DNA from: Eutreptiella sp. 'Long Island Sound 2002'
Lineage: Eukaryota > Protista > Euglenida
Reading direction: 5' to 3'
NCBI GenBank assembly: GCA_964036045.1
Contig: OZ038378.1
Coordinates: 157,542,001 to 157,606,000 of the forward strand
DNA: 64,000 bases
Made by a program: the position numbers and the translations under genes. Below, one piece after another: positions 48,101-60,430 of this stretch. Position 1 is the first letter of the stretch; each line of letters starts with the position of its first letter. The notes under the pieces are model-generated. The model saw only the letters and a program-made list of their open reading frames with translations. It was not told the DNA's origin and did no database searches.

Positions 48101-51100
48101 TAACCTTCGCTCAGCCCCCCGACCGGTGGTGTGGCACCCGTACTGCAGGCCCCCGGTGGCGGTCGCGGCGATCACCCCCGCCGGTTCGCTCAAGCACAGT
48201 CTGTCACTCACCCCCAGGGGTCTGCTAAGCCCTATCAGGAGGACCCCAACAGGTGGACTCAATCACAGCGGTGCCCGGCTCCCGGCGACGGGCGGGACCC
48301 ATCCCCAGCACCGCTGCCCGCTTTGGCGCAAGTGCCTGTGCCCGACCGGGCGTGGCAGAGGCGCACAGAGACCAGAGTGGAGCCAACATGGAGACTGCCA
48401 GGCCCAGGAGCTCTTTCCGACTGATCGTACTGGGGGAGCGCAGTACCGCTTTTTGCATGGACCGTCCTCCATAGCCGCTGGCACTGCGGCCGGCGCCGCG
48501 GCCATGTCTAGTCCCGCTGCTACCTTGGCGGTAGTTCATCGGCTGCCACTTATACAGCAGCACTTTCTGTCCCTTCCGTGTGCATGGAGGCCCACGGCGC
48601 GCATGGGTGATCCCCCTGTGTGACATATAGTCCATCTGTGGTGTCTTTATGGGGCCCTGGACACCCCCCCCAAGGTCCCCCTCCAACCCTGGGGGGGGGG
48701 GGGACTGTCGCCAAGTGATGGTTCCCGCCCAAGGGGGAGGGGGGTGGGATGGACAAGGGATGGACATGGGGGGGGGTGAACATATGCGGGGGGGGGGGGG
48801 GGGGCTAGGGTACTGCAAAGAAGGTGGCAGAGATATCAGAGGGATACTACCGTGGGCGTGATCGTTGATCTCCCTCTCCAGGCTCCAATCCAACTCCTGC
48901 GTCAGCTGCAGCTTGAGGGCCTGCCACTCAGCTGTCTCCGGGACCAGCTCCAGCGCGGGGAGCATGGGGCACGCCTCGAACGTCCAGTTGCGGAGGGTGG
49001 GCAGGGCACTGAGGGCCCCGAATCGCACAGCGACGGCCTCGGCACTCAGGCTGCTGGCCAGCACATGGACGTCGCACAGGCTGCAGAGGGGCGTCGCCTC
49101 AGCCTCATCGTCCGCCTTAGCATCGGCCTCAGCATCGACGCCTTCCGGGGCTTGGAGGCATTCAACGCTGTCCCTTGGCGCCCATTGTGGGCACGGTGTG
49201 CGTGTGCGTGTGCGTGTGCGTGGCAGTGGCGGAGGATGAGGGCAGGTGTGCAAGAGGCCCAGGGCTATTCCTGGCGTCGAGGGTAGGTCAGGGGGGGGGG
49301 GGGGGGTTAGGGCAGTGGTCTGCGGCGGGGGCAGGCGTGTGGAAGTGACCGAGGGCTGTTCCCTGGCGCTCATTGTGCAAAAGGCGGGGGCCGTATCGCA
49401 GTGGCTTTGGGGGGCAGGCAAATACAAGTGGCCTAGAAGTGGCATGTTGGCACCCATACGGACTTCGGCAAACAGAAAACCAGCAGCCAGACAGCCAGAA
49501 GCGGGAGGGCGCTACGCAGGCTCCGTTCTCGTGATGTGATTCCAGTGGCAGATGAATCGGTGGCGTATTGCGTAACGCCGCACTTGAGACCCTGGGCAGA
49601 GGGCAACAGCATCATTCGCGGGACTCTTGTATTACCGATGCGGCCACCTGCACACCTTGTGACCCAAGTGCTCCATGGGATTCGCTTTGTGTAGCATGGA
49701 GAGAGGTGTGCGGTGCCGGCCTGGGGGGGTGGGGGTGGCGCGGACGAGGCACATTAGGGAAGGGCGTTGGCGCAGGCGAGGGGCACGGGTGGGTGGGTGG
49801 GTGGGGGTGTTTGGCGCACACATGGCACACGGGTCGGGCTGAGGAAAAGAGGAACAGATTGCGGCACCCATCGGAAGGCGGGGGATGGTCGTGTCACGGT
49901 TGCGCACCACTTTCTCAGAGAGCCCAAACTCCGTTCTGGAAGGGGGGGGGGGTAGAGTAGATTATGGATTGGACGATTGTGACTGACTAAGCAGGACGTT
50001 TGAATGCCGCTGGGCGTGCGATTCTCAGAGAAATGCAGTTGGGTAAGTGGGCGTTGCACTAGAACAACGGCTTGCCCTCAGCGCTGGGTGCGCCCCCAAC
50101 CTCCGTCAATTGATCCAAAACCGCCGACAAACAAACGCCAAACAGACTTTTGTTGGAGTTGACGATGCTGTTCAGCGCTGAGCCGAGGACCAGACGGTAG
50201 CAGACTGGGGTGCGGGCCTGTGCTTTGAGGGAGAGGTGTAGTCTATCCCCCCCCACCCATCCCCCCGCCGCCCCCGGGCCCTTCCGAAAGCACTTGTTCC
50301 TTCCGCTGCAACTGCTTTCGGCTGCCCAGGGACGCTGGTAGGCGCCAGGAAGCGCTTGTTTTCGGGGTGTACTTGGTCCTGTAGTACCACTCCCACGTTA
50401 AGAGCGACCCAACCGCTGCAGCGACCGGAGAGACGAGTTAGACGCCGTCGGTACAATCACCTTGCGAATGGGCACAGCGCCCTGCACGCACTGTGCACGT
50501 TCAGTGCACGCACGATGCACGCACGATGCAGGGCAGTGTGCATGCACGATGCACGTGCTTATTGGGGTTGTGTTTGCTTTCCATTGTTCTGAGAAAATGT
50601 TTATAAAAGCAAATAATTTTCCTCGTTTGGATTCCAAAATTCAGAACAGTGTCGGTGTCAGTCTGACGTGAATCTGTTGCATGTGTCAAGGACATCCCTG
50701 CCGCCAGGTTTGGGAGGTTGCATGGTTAGTGCTGTACATGGGACAGCCACTTGCTCCCACCCCCAAACCACAGCCATCCCCCCCCCCCCCCCGCACCGCA
50801 GTGCCCACACACAGCCTCAAGGGACAATCCTGCATTACGTTGTGTGCCTGCTCCCACCCCCAAACCACAGCCATACCCCCACACAAAACACAGCCCCAGG
50901 GAGGAGCCCTGCAGTATGCCCACACATGAGCTGCACATGGTCACTAGGGGGCTGCGGAGATGGCCTTTCCAGCAGCATCTTTGCGTGCCTGCTCAACCGC
51001 AACACGGGCAGATGCAACACGAGCAGACGGCGTGGCAGCATCTTGGTTGGGGGGCTTGACAGCACAGCAGGCTTTGGCATGGGGCTTGATAGCACTATAT

Positions 51101-54100
51101 GTTGCAGGGATGTCCTTGACACATGCAACAGATTCACGTCAGACTGACACCGACACTGTTCTGAATTTTGGAATCCACGCTTCATTTGCTTACTCCATTT
51201 TCCATGGTGTAGCGTATTGTACCTGGTGGGCCGCAGATGCAGCATGGGTGCAGACGCGCATGCGGCTGGGGCTCTTGGTATGGATCTCAGAACGTGTCAG
51301 TGTCTATGATGAGTATGATATGCTTCCAGATATGGGAGTGGGCAAGGGTATACTGGGGCAGCTGGGCAGCTGCAGCTGCAGCACAAGGGTGTTGCTGGTG
51401 TCACAGGGAAAATGTCTGCGTCACAGTGGACAAAGGTGTGGCATACAAGAAAATTAATAGGGTGAGCGCTTTCCACCCCGAAGACTGTCTTCCATTTTGG
51501 CAATGATCTAGTGTATTCCGGGAACACTCTGTCCCGCGACGGCAGTAGGGATGAGCTCTCGGAAGGTGATGTGTTTTAGTTCAGTAGCTCAACAGCAAAC
51601 CTTCCTACTAACAGAACAGCCACAACACGAAACATCACAGAACAGCCAGAATAGCCCAGCACTAAAAGAGGCACTCAAGTCATTCACGGGTGAAGCAACC
51701 AACGGTCAATGACTGCGGCTGTACTGTGCGATGCGGTAGCCAAAGTGGGGGCGCAACTGCCAGCCGTTGGAGCCGTTGGAGCTTTCGAAAATCTGCAACG
51801 TGCGGGCTATCGTGCGGGGGTATATATGGGGCACAGACCACGATTGACGATGAGAATGCAAGATGGTTATAATTATTGTCACTCTAATGACAGCGAATTG
51901 TACATTGACACTTCAGGACAATGGAGTGGAACATTACTTGCTGCTTTCCACATGGCATTTTGAGTTGTTGCTCTGATAGGGTTGGCCGAGGGGCTGTCCA
52001 GCCCCCCAGGGTAAGCGTCATTAGAAAACAAAAAGAATGGATGATCTGCTCGCCCAAATCTGTGTCATCAACAGAGAGATGGAGAAGAAAATAGAAACAG
52101 CCAGTCGGTCAATCAAGATATGGATGGAAATGCATCAATTGCATAGAATGCAGTAGAGAAGGGGAAGGCTTTCAGATTTCGCACATATGTGCAGCTGCGT
52201 GCATGTAGTTGCATCTAGCGAATCATAAAGGATGGGGTGAAATCGGCCACAGGGCACCTTTGATGGGCCCCCACCCCCAAAGGAACTCTGGGCTATGAGG
52301 GAGTACTCGCACCGTGCGCGCACCGTGCAGGGCATTTGAACAATAACCCTAGGAAAAGGGTCCAAGCTGGAAGGTCCTGTAAAGGCTAGAGGGTGCAGCT
52401 TGGTGGCTGTATTACTTCGTAGAGCGGTGGTTCACGCTATAATCTTAGTATACGCACCGTGCACGCACCGTGTCCTGTACTCCCTCTGTGTGCACAGCCA
52501 GCAGTCAGTTCAACCAAGAAAATGGGCTCGTCAGTGGCCTCTCAGACCACAGGTACCTTTCTGTCGTAAAAGATGAGACACGAAGATGCTAGTGGACAGG
52601 CCATGAACAGTTGTTGTGCAGTGAGTAGCAGTGGTACACCACACAGCCCCCGCTAAGCTTTAATCACCAGACCTACATATTCGACCTGATTCTGAGTTCA
52701 AAACGACACTGTCGGAAATGCTAATGGGCCCTCCCCCTGGGGCAAAGCCCCAAACAAATTGGTTGGGACAGATTCAGCAGTGGCGTTAACGCAGACACGA
52801 TAGGGAAACATTTGCAAACGACGCCACCCCGAACCCCCACCCCCTTGCACGTCCCCCGCTGGCGAGCAACGGTTGCCCCACATCCCGTAGAAGGCATGGC
52901 CAAAATGCCCAAAAGTGACGCCCCCTGCCCCCCCCCCCCCTCCGCATTGCAGAAAACACGTAGCACGCAACTAGGCACAAACCAAGGGTATGATGGTCCA
53001 GTAGTTAAAGCCACGCTCTCACAGACCTTGGATCTGGGCAGCACACGGGTCATCCAAGCAGTCCTCCACATTGCAGGCCTCTCAAGGTTCTCCATCAGCC
53101 CAGGGCCCTCCTTCCATCCCTGCATGTGTCTCCGGCATATGTTGGAGGCTTAAGAACCCCCTGGGCGTGTCAGGTTTGGATGTTTGTCCGCCTACGCCCC
53201 AGCCCCCCCCTGAAATGTGCTACCATGCTGACTATGCTGACTGCTGACTGTGTAAGAGTTAGGGCTTCTTTGGTACTCTGCGTACAGCAGAGAGGGGGTG
53301 AGGACGGGCTTGGAAACCCCATTGCTATCCCAGAAGCCTACAATTGTGGGGTCAAACACCATGTGGTTCAAGTACACCGCATCGCCAACACCATGTTGTG
53401 GGTCTGCTTGGAGCCACACATAAATGACTTGGTGTTTTGCCCCCCATCGGTTTTGGCATACCACGGCATTAGCCAGAGATAACTTGGCTGTCATGGCATG
53501 CGGAAGATCTGTGGTGCTATTCATCTCTGCGCCCACAATGACACCCCGGCCATGTGTCGATGCCACCAGTGGCATCATACTCAGCAACCCGGAAAAATGG
53601 TATTCTACTTGCGGTGTAAATTTCATCAACACTTGGCCTCCACAATGGCTTGGGAATTTGAGAGACTGTGTGTCAAGTTATTTGACCGCATCCTCTAAGG
53701 TAATCCTTTGACCTACACCAAAAAGTGTTGCCAAGAGGTTGTCCGCTTCAACTTGCTTGAGTAAAACATTGCTGTACTTAAACTTAAGTGCGCAGCACAT
53801 TGCTTCACTGAATGCATAGGGGGCACAATGAGGCTGGGCGCCTTGATCAGTCATGTGCAGTTCACGGCAGCTCATGGGAGGCTGCTGAGGCTGGCCTTGC
53901 AGTGGCGCAGTGGCTGAGGCTGTGGTTGGAGCTGGGGCTGTGGTTCGGGCTAATGGATTCGGCTGTTGAGGCTGGCCTTGCACTGGCACAGTGGCTGGGG
54001 CTGTGGTTGCAGCCGATGGTGTCGGCTGTTGAGGCCGGGCTTGCACTGGCGTAGTGGCCGGGGCTGTGGTTGTAGCTGATGGTGTTGGTTGCTGAGGCTG

Positions 54101-57100
54101 ACCTTGCAGTGGCCGTGGCTATTGTTGGAGATGGTGGGGTCGGTACAACTGTAGTCTGCAAACAAGGAAGCAAGAATGTGTATAGGACTGTGCTGCGCCA
54201 GGGCTCATGATAGCACTGTGGGTGTGGTATGCATGGAAGAGTGTGGAAATACTTCAATTTCAAGACCATGACCGACTATTGTTCTACAAAGCCCTCAGAA
54301 CGCACTTATAGAAAAACATGCAATGTGCCCCTTCCCAGTCAGCATTGCTCCAACGTTGAAGGCTGACGCTGTCAGTGCCCACACAGCCATCCATGTCTTT
54401 TTTCCAAGCAGTCACCAGCTTCCTATTTGGCACCGTGGCGAAGCTTTCGGTCGTTGCGTTCATTCCAAGCCATCACATGGGGGCAAAAAAGCCCAACTCC
54501 CGGTGGCTGTTCAGAGTCCAAAACAACTTTGTGTGCCCACAAGCAGCCTCGATATTCGGGCCCCTTCGGCACATTTCATTTTATTCCGAGACAAATGTTT
54601 ATGATGTGGTTGGATGCGTCGCTCACCTTGGGGCTCAGCCATGGCAACAAATGTACCCCCCCCTCCCCCTCCGTTGGGCTAAGCAATGGACTGGGCCACT
54701 CCCCTTTGACTGCATACAAACAAATTCTTGCCCCCATTTGCAGGCACACATTGCTACACACATGGGGCACATTGAGGCCTCCAACACAGCTCACCCAAAC
54801 GGACAATTCTTCACTTGCTGTGATACCAAACACCACATGGCACTGCCCTCAAATGGAAACGGGATGCGAACCTAATTGACCCCTCTCCAACTGCCACTGG
54901 ACCCCACTCCCTTTCCCTTGCTCCGGACCCGTACGGTCATAGATATTTATCTGTATTCAATTGCATTGTGCACTACTGCCTGAATTCATGCCATAAGGCG
55001 ACCCGAAAACTGCTCTGCAGGGGGTGGCACAGGCGCCGTCCGAAGGAACGGGGAGCAGGTTGGGAAAACGGGCCCCTTGTTCCATGTCGATTTGGCGGAA
55101 AGGCGTTGGCGCCAAAGGCGCCAGAAAAAAATTTCTTTCTTTGCCTCACAAGGGGGAAAATGTTTTCTTTCACCCTATGCGTCTATGCTCAAAATACCGA
55201 TAACTTTGTGGAGAATTCACAAATGGGTGAAAAAAGCAAAAAGCCATTTTGACCCTGACCCAATCTCCGGGTCGGATGTTGGCCGATGGGAGCCTGAGCT
55301 GATGGGCAATTGTACCCCACTTGGGTATGTTCAGCGCGTCATGGGGATCATTTTGATGTATGTATGTTGGTGTACCCACTGAACCCCCTCCCTACGCAGG
55401 GGACCCCGGCGGCTGACCAGCCAACCCGCCTGCCCCCCCACCCCCGTATTCGTACAAGCAAGGCACGGCAACAAGGAGCGAGGGGTGGTTTGGGAAAATG
55501 GGCTTCCATGCCATCCCCCCCCCCCCCTGCAAAGCAATTTTCTTCCTTACTAACCCCAATGAGATCCCAAAGGCTCTGCCCTGCCTAAACTGTGCCTACG
55601 CTTGTCCCCCTGCCTGACGATAATGAAGAGTTCCAAGGGTTGCACAGTACTTTGATTGGGGTCCATTCCAGCTGCCGGGACGGGTATCAAGTTGGCGCCA
55701 GGGAAGGGGCCATCGGCCTTTTTTGCGGAGAGAAATACACATCCACGTGCGGCTGGATCGGATCGGCCCGTATTCTGTGTGTCAATCAACAAAAAAGTTA
55801 ACCCATTTACATGAGTTGGATAGCTCCCAAACGAGAGATCTGGAGAGGACAAAAGGAGCAAGAGGCGAACCTGTCGTGATGCGTGAACCATCGCGTCCCG
55901 CCTTTGAAGTCTTTGAACCCACGGATTTTGCTTTCCGAGGCCTGTGGCAGGATACATGATGCGATCACATGTCAGCAACAAAGTGGGCACCTCGTGTTTG
56001 GCGGCGGCTACTGTTGCTGCAAGCTCAGCCCATTGTGACGCCTGTCGCCGCTGACCCCGCAGCACTCCATGCAGGCTGTTGTGCCCCGTCTGCAGCTGTC
56101 TTCCATTCCCGTTTAGCGCGCGGGGGGGGGGGGGGGGCTGTTTCGGCCTTGCTTGTGCAGGCCAGGGGAGGAGAGGGGAGCAGGCAGTAAGGGCACCCCA
56201 AAACAATAGGCAGCAGCCAGCTGCCCACGCCGAGTATCCGGCGACATTAGGCAGCCCCACACGCTAGACAGCAGACAGCAGTATCCAACTCCAAAAGAGG
56301 CAGCAGCAGCACCCAGCCCCAAACGTGAGGCAAATCTCAAACACAAATGATGATTTATCAAGAACCTGCGAAGCCAGAATTGCAGCAGAAAATGTGGAGA
56401 AATACAGAAAAATGTGAACTGCAGCACCCCCCCACAATCACCATCATTGTGGTCATCGTCGTTGTTGTCATTGTCATCGCGGTCATCCTCATCATCATCA
56501 TCATTTGCACCTTTGAAATTCTTCAGTGTTTCACTTGTGTTGAGGGTGGACTTGGGTGGGTGGCCTGGGGCGGCATTGCAGGACTTGTCGGGTGAAAAGA
56601 CAAGCAGTAGGATGACAGTTAAGCGGAAAAAGAAATGACAAAAGCGTTGCATGCCCACCTTCACTGGATGTGGACCCCAGGCTCTGTTCGACACAGTCTG
56701 GAGACTGAGTCAAGGCGATGCGCGGGAGGGTGTGGCGCAGGAGGTGGTCCTGCAGAGCCACCCCCACATCGCGCAGGTGGCTCACGGCGGCGGCGCAGGC
56801 GGAAGCGACGACGGGCAGCCTCAGGGGCGGCGCGACGGTGAGCCACGGGGTGAGGGTACGCCGTGGACGGAGAGCAGCGCCTCCCGGAGGAGGACCTCGA
56901 CCCAGCGGAGCCCCGCCGGGCAGCATCGGGCGAGGGGCACCATCACGGCCTCGTCCGCTGGACTGTGTGAGCGGGCCTTGGCGAGCGAGTCAGGCCCCAG
57001 GTCCGGCGCTGGTGGCGCCTCTTGTGCAGCGCCCACTTGTGGCGCGGACGCGGCGGACGCAATGTTAGGGGAGCTGGCGCACGTGAGGGCGGGGTCGTAC

Positions 57101-57122
57101 GGCGGCGGCGGCGGCGGTTCGC
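45140..57122 (-). CDS. Large multi-exon gene, product uncertain (possibly a VPS13/ATG2-like beta-groove protein). Best-supported exons: 48851-~49173, 46206-46390, 45892-46126, 45140-45328. Candidate exons: 50101-50242, 55991-56095, 55871-55941, ~56660-57122
   Basis: The last four exons have GT-AG borders with mutually consistent phases (1,0,1) and join as ..REINDHAHG|ALLTLTPADL..VAFVLELETQW|RRLRPLHELF..SPFLFDVTLAVAVVPWVLGLWA..LE|PTQLQHAPVLQLHTD..; both gene ends unresolved. Confidence 0.5.
46632..47190 (+). mobile_element. ~600-bp dispersed repeat, copy 1 of 3 (intronic)
   Basis: ctacacaa.atcgcaacctacgtacacgcgcac..cctgtgtgacatat..aaggatccatacggc.tt.accttcgctcagcc shared with 47915-48470 and 57158-57815. 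Confidence 0.85.
47915..48470 (+). mobile_element. ~600-bp dispersed repeat, copy 2 (left-truncated)
   Basis: High similarity to copies 1 and 3. Confidence 0.85.
50628..51177. repeat. Perfect 74-bp inverted repeat (50628-50701 / 51104-51177) around a 402-bp spacer
   Basis: tggattccaaaattcagaacagtgtcggtgtcagtctgacgtgaatctgttgcatgtgtcaaggacatccctgc and its exact reverse complement. Confidence 0.95.
50960..51457 (+). other. 165-codon hydrophobic ORF of unknown status, overlapping the right arm of the inverted repeat
   Basis: ALAWGLIALYVAGMSLTHA..NFGIHASFAYSIFHGVAYCTWWAA looks like membrane-protein sequence; no recognisable family. Confidence 0.3.
53192..54130 (-). pseudogene. Degenerate ORF: Q/A/T-rich minisatellite part followed by ~200 protein-like codons with one in-frame TAA (53678-80)
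   Basis: ORFs 53678..54046 and 53192..53632 are in the same frame: ..GQRITLEDAVK*LDTQSLKFPSHCGGQVLMKFTPQVEYHF.. Confidence 0.4.
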
Positions 57123-57157
57123 CTGGGGACAACCCGCAGACAGGGATCCCGTGGGGG

Positions 57158-57815
57158 CTACACAAGATCGCAACCTACGTACACGCGCACACATGATGGC
57201 AAACAGTCCTACTATCACCCGATCACCCGGCGGCACAAAACCAAACTACAGCAGTAGCTACCCTCGCCCCCCCGTGTCCACCCCCCACCCACAGGGACGA
57301 CGGTTCCCCCTGTGTGACATATACTCCATATGTGTTGTTACGGGGCCCTGGACAGTGACCCGTTTATTCTTCACCGCATGATGCAGTGTGCATCTCCCCC
57401 TGAAGGTCCGCCAAGCCGCTGTCTTCGCCCCGCCATTTCTGTGTCTCCATCGGCGGCGGGTTGTGGTGGTCAAGACATTAAGGATCCATACGGCATTGAC
57501 CTTCGCTCAGCCCCCGACCGTGGTGTGGCCCCCAGTGGCGGTGGCGGCGATCACCCCGTCTGCTCAGCCCTATCAGGAGGACCCCAACAGGTGGACTCAA
57601 CTGATCACAGCTGTGCCCGGCTCCCGGCGACGGGCGGGAACCATCCCCAGCACCGCTGCCAGCTTTTGCGCGAGTGCTTGTGCTCGACCGGGCCTGGCGG
57701 AGGAGCTCAGAGACCAGAGTGGAGCCAACATGGAGACTGCCAGGCCCAGGAGCTCTTTCCGACTGATCGTACTGGGGGAGCGTAGTATCGCTTTTTGCAT
57801 GGACCGTCTTCCTAA
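57158..57815 (+). mobile_element. ~600-bp dispersed repeat, copy 3 (longest)
   Basis: Shares the left end with copy 1 and the right end (gagaccagagtggagccaacatggagactgccaggcccagg..gcatggaccgtc) with copy 2. Confidence 0.85.
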
Positions 57816-57829
57816 AAACGACTCACAGG

Positions 57830-58190
57830 ACACAACTCACTCTACAACACGCACTTGACACAAATCACTTGACAAGACTCGCACTACAAGGAACTCACCA
57901 GACGATTCACACCACACAGCAAACACTACACGACTCACACGACACGACTCACACGACACGACTCACACGACACGACTGACACGACACCACTCACACGACA
58001 CGACTCACACGGCACGACCCACACGACACGATTCACCAAACACAACTCACTCAACACGACCCACACGACACAACTGAGGCGACACGACTCACTAAACACG
58101 ACTCACTCGACATGATTCACTCGACATGATTCACTCGACAGGACTCACTTGACACGACTCACACAACACAACTCATTCGACACGACTCGC
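57830..58190. repeat. Degenerate (ACACGACTC)n-type tandem repeat
   Basis: Directly visible. Confidence 0.95.
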
Positions 58191-58849
58191 CCTTCAGTCA
58201 AACACGGGCCAAGGGGCTAGTTTATTGGTGCCACTTACGGCTCCACAAAAATCCAGTTTGCTGATGAGCTGTGAATGTATTTCCCTTTTATCACTACCTG
58301 TGCCCTGTACAGTCCTACTGGGAAACTCTCTGTGATTAGACAATTTGTTTGAGAAACACTGTTGCAAAGGGGTCACAACACTGCTCAGTGGCAGCGAAAG
58401 ATCAATGAATTCCGGGTGACTGCAAAGACAAACATTGGAAGCAGAAGGTTGTTACTTCCACTTGCCCAAAAGAATTTATAAGTGGCCCGAGAAAAGGTCT
58501 GCATATTGTGCACACTCGCCTTTATGGAAAGAGGTGAATCGTGCTGTCTTTGGCCTCACAGATGCGATGCGCTAGAGTAAATATGCCACTATGTTTGCTG
58601 TGTGCATTCTTCAGCCCCCCCCCTTCCCTAGAGATTTTAGTACCATGGTGCCTACACATTGCTTCAAGTGCACACAGAAGTCTCCTGAGCTCAGAACAAT
58701 ACGCGGCCGTAGATATAAACATCTTGGAATTCCAGATTTCCAATTGGTTTGTCCAGAGTGTTACACCAACAGTGATCCTGACGGGGTGATTACTTCCGGC
58801 TCACGAGGTGTACTGCATACCGTCAGTTGTTGCCACGTGTGAAGGCCAC

Positions 58850-59316
58850 AGGTCCACAGCTGCACAGGTGCACACGTCCCTGGGTCCACAAGTCCAAAGG
58901 TAAAAATGTCCAGAAATACACACGCCCACATGTTCGCAACTCCGTTAGTCCACATGCCCACACGACCACTGGACCACATGTCCACAGGTCCACAGGTCCG
59001 CAGGTCCACAGGTCCAGAGTTCCACAGATCCAGAGGTCCACAGGTCCATAGGTCCGCAGATCTACATGTCCGCATAGCCACAGGTCCACAGGTCCACACA
59101 TCCGCAGGTCCACAGGTCCACAGGTCCACAGGTCCACAAATTCACAGATCCACAGATTCAGAGATCAACAGATCCACAGGTCCAAGGTCCACAGATCCAC
59201 AGGTTCTCAGATCCACAAGCTCACTGGTCCACAGGTCCATGGGTCCACTGGTCCACAGTTCCACAGGTCCACGGGTCCACAGATTTACAAGTGCACAGGT
59301 CCACAGGTCCACAGGT
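58850..59316. repeat. Degenerate (GGTCCACA)n octamer repeat
   Basis: Directly visible; source of the DLWTCG ORFs. Confidence 0.95.
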
Positions 59317-59559
59317 CTAGCGCCCGGGTTCCCGAGAAATGGCCCCCGGGTTCCCGACAAAAGGCCCGCGGGTTCCTGACAAATGGCCACCGGGTTTTAA
59401 AACAAGTGACGCATTGTGGGGACATCTTCGAAAAGGTGAGGCAACGCATTGGGAAAGCGGAGGTGACAAAAAACTCAACGGTGGCGGCCGGGAACGGGAT
59501 TCGCAAGTGGCGCACCTCAGTTTCAAAAACTGCAGTTTAGGGCCAAAAAAAGCCATTTT

Positions 59560-60430
59560 TGGGCCAAAAAAACCCTAGAACACATTCAAAACGGCCAAAC
59601 GAAGGGAAACGGTGGGTACATTCCACGTGCGGCTTGACTTCCTGGTGTCAACGAGCTCTTTGCGGCCCTCTAACTCCATGATATATCCCGGAAACGGCCC
59701 CAAAAGGCCCCCAGAAGCTCCAAATGCCGACAGCCACAAACCAAGAATAGGCCATATTTTTGGCTACATGGCTCAAAATGCGATTCCGAGGGCACCTAGT
59801 CCACCCGCAACCCCCCACTTTTTGTGGTTTCCACCCCTCAGAATTGCCCAAACGGACACCTAGACCCCAATACCTAGGCCCACTAGGCTGCGGCAAGCTG
59901 CAAGCTCAAGCCCAAACAGGTAAATGGGTCAACAGGGTCCAGTCGGGGCAAAAAGATGACTTTTCTCAAAAAAATGATCCTAGACCATGTGCGACGCTAA
60001 AACAAGTGTTTTTGGACCGTTTTGAGCTTGTGGTGGCCCATTTTGGTCCTCCGAAAATCCCAAAATGCCTTGAAAATGGGCTGTTTTGGGACCAAAAATG
60101 GGTCAAAAATGGGTCAAAAACGCATTTTTCCAAACCTCATCCGAGACCATCTGGGGTGCACAAACGGGTGAAATGAGCCCATTTTGAGCCCATTTTGGGG
60201 CATTTTGGCCCCTCACAAGTCCACAAAAGCCTTGAAAGTGGGCCTCGTGGTGATGGGGTTCACTTGCAAGCTGATTCCACTTTGTCAAGAGCCATCAATG
60301 TGTGAATCATTCTTGATGTCACCAGTCATAGTTGATGTTCCCTCCCCCACCAGCTCGGTCCCAATATTCAGTCTTGATTAGGGCTAGGGTTAGGGTTAGG
60401 GCTAGGGTCAGGGGTAGCGTTGGGACTGGG
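59560..60430 (-). mobile_element. Telomere-repeat-headed dispersed repeat, copy 2 (longer, inverted)
   Basis: ttagggctagggttagggttagggctagggtcagggg at ~60378-60415 adjoins cccccaccagctcggtcccaatattca; the body matches 2145-2330. Confidence 0.8.

Noticed and set aside
56651-57196. Plus-strand 181-aa ORF as a separate gene
   Set aside because: The minus strand has a better acceptor (57123-24) and more protein-like frames consistent with the minus-strand gene; strand remains somewhat uncertain
58590-58800. RT motif YKHLGI
   Set aside because: Isolated six-residue similarity with no other RT motifs nearby
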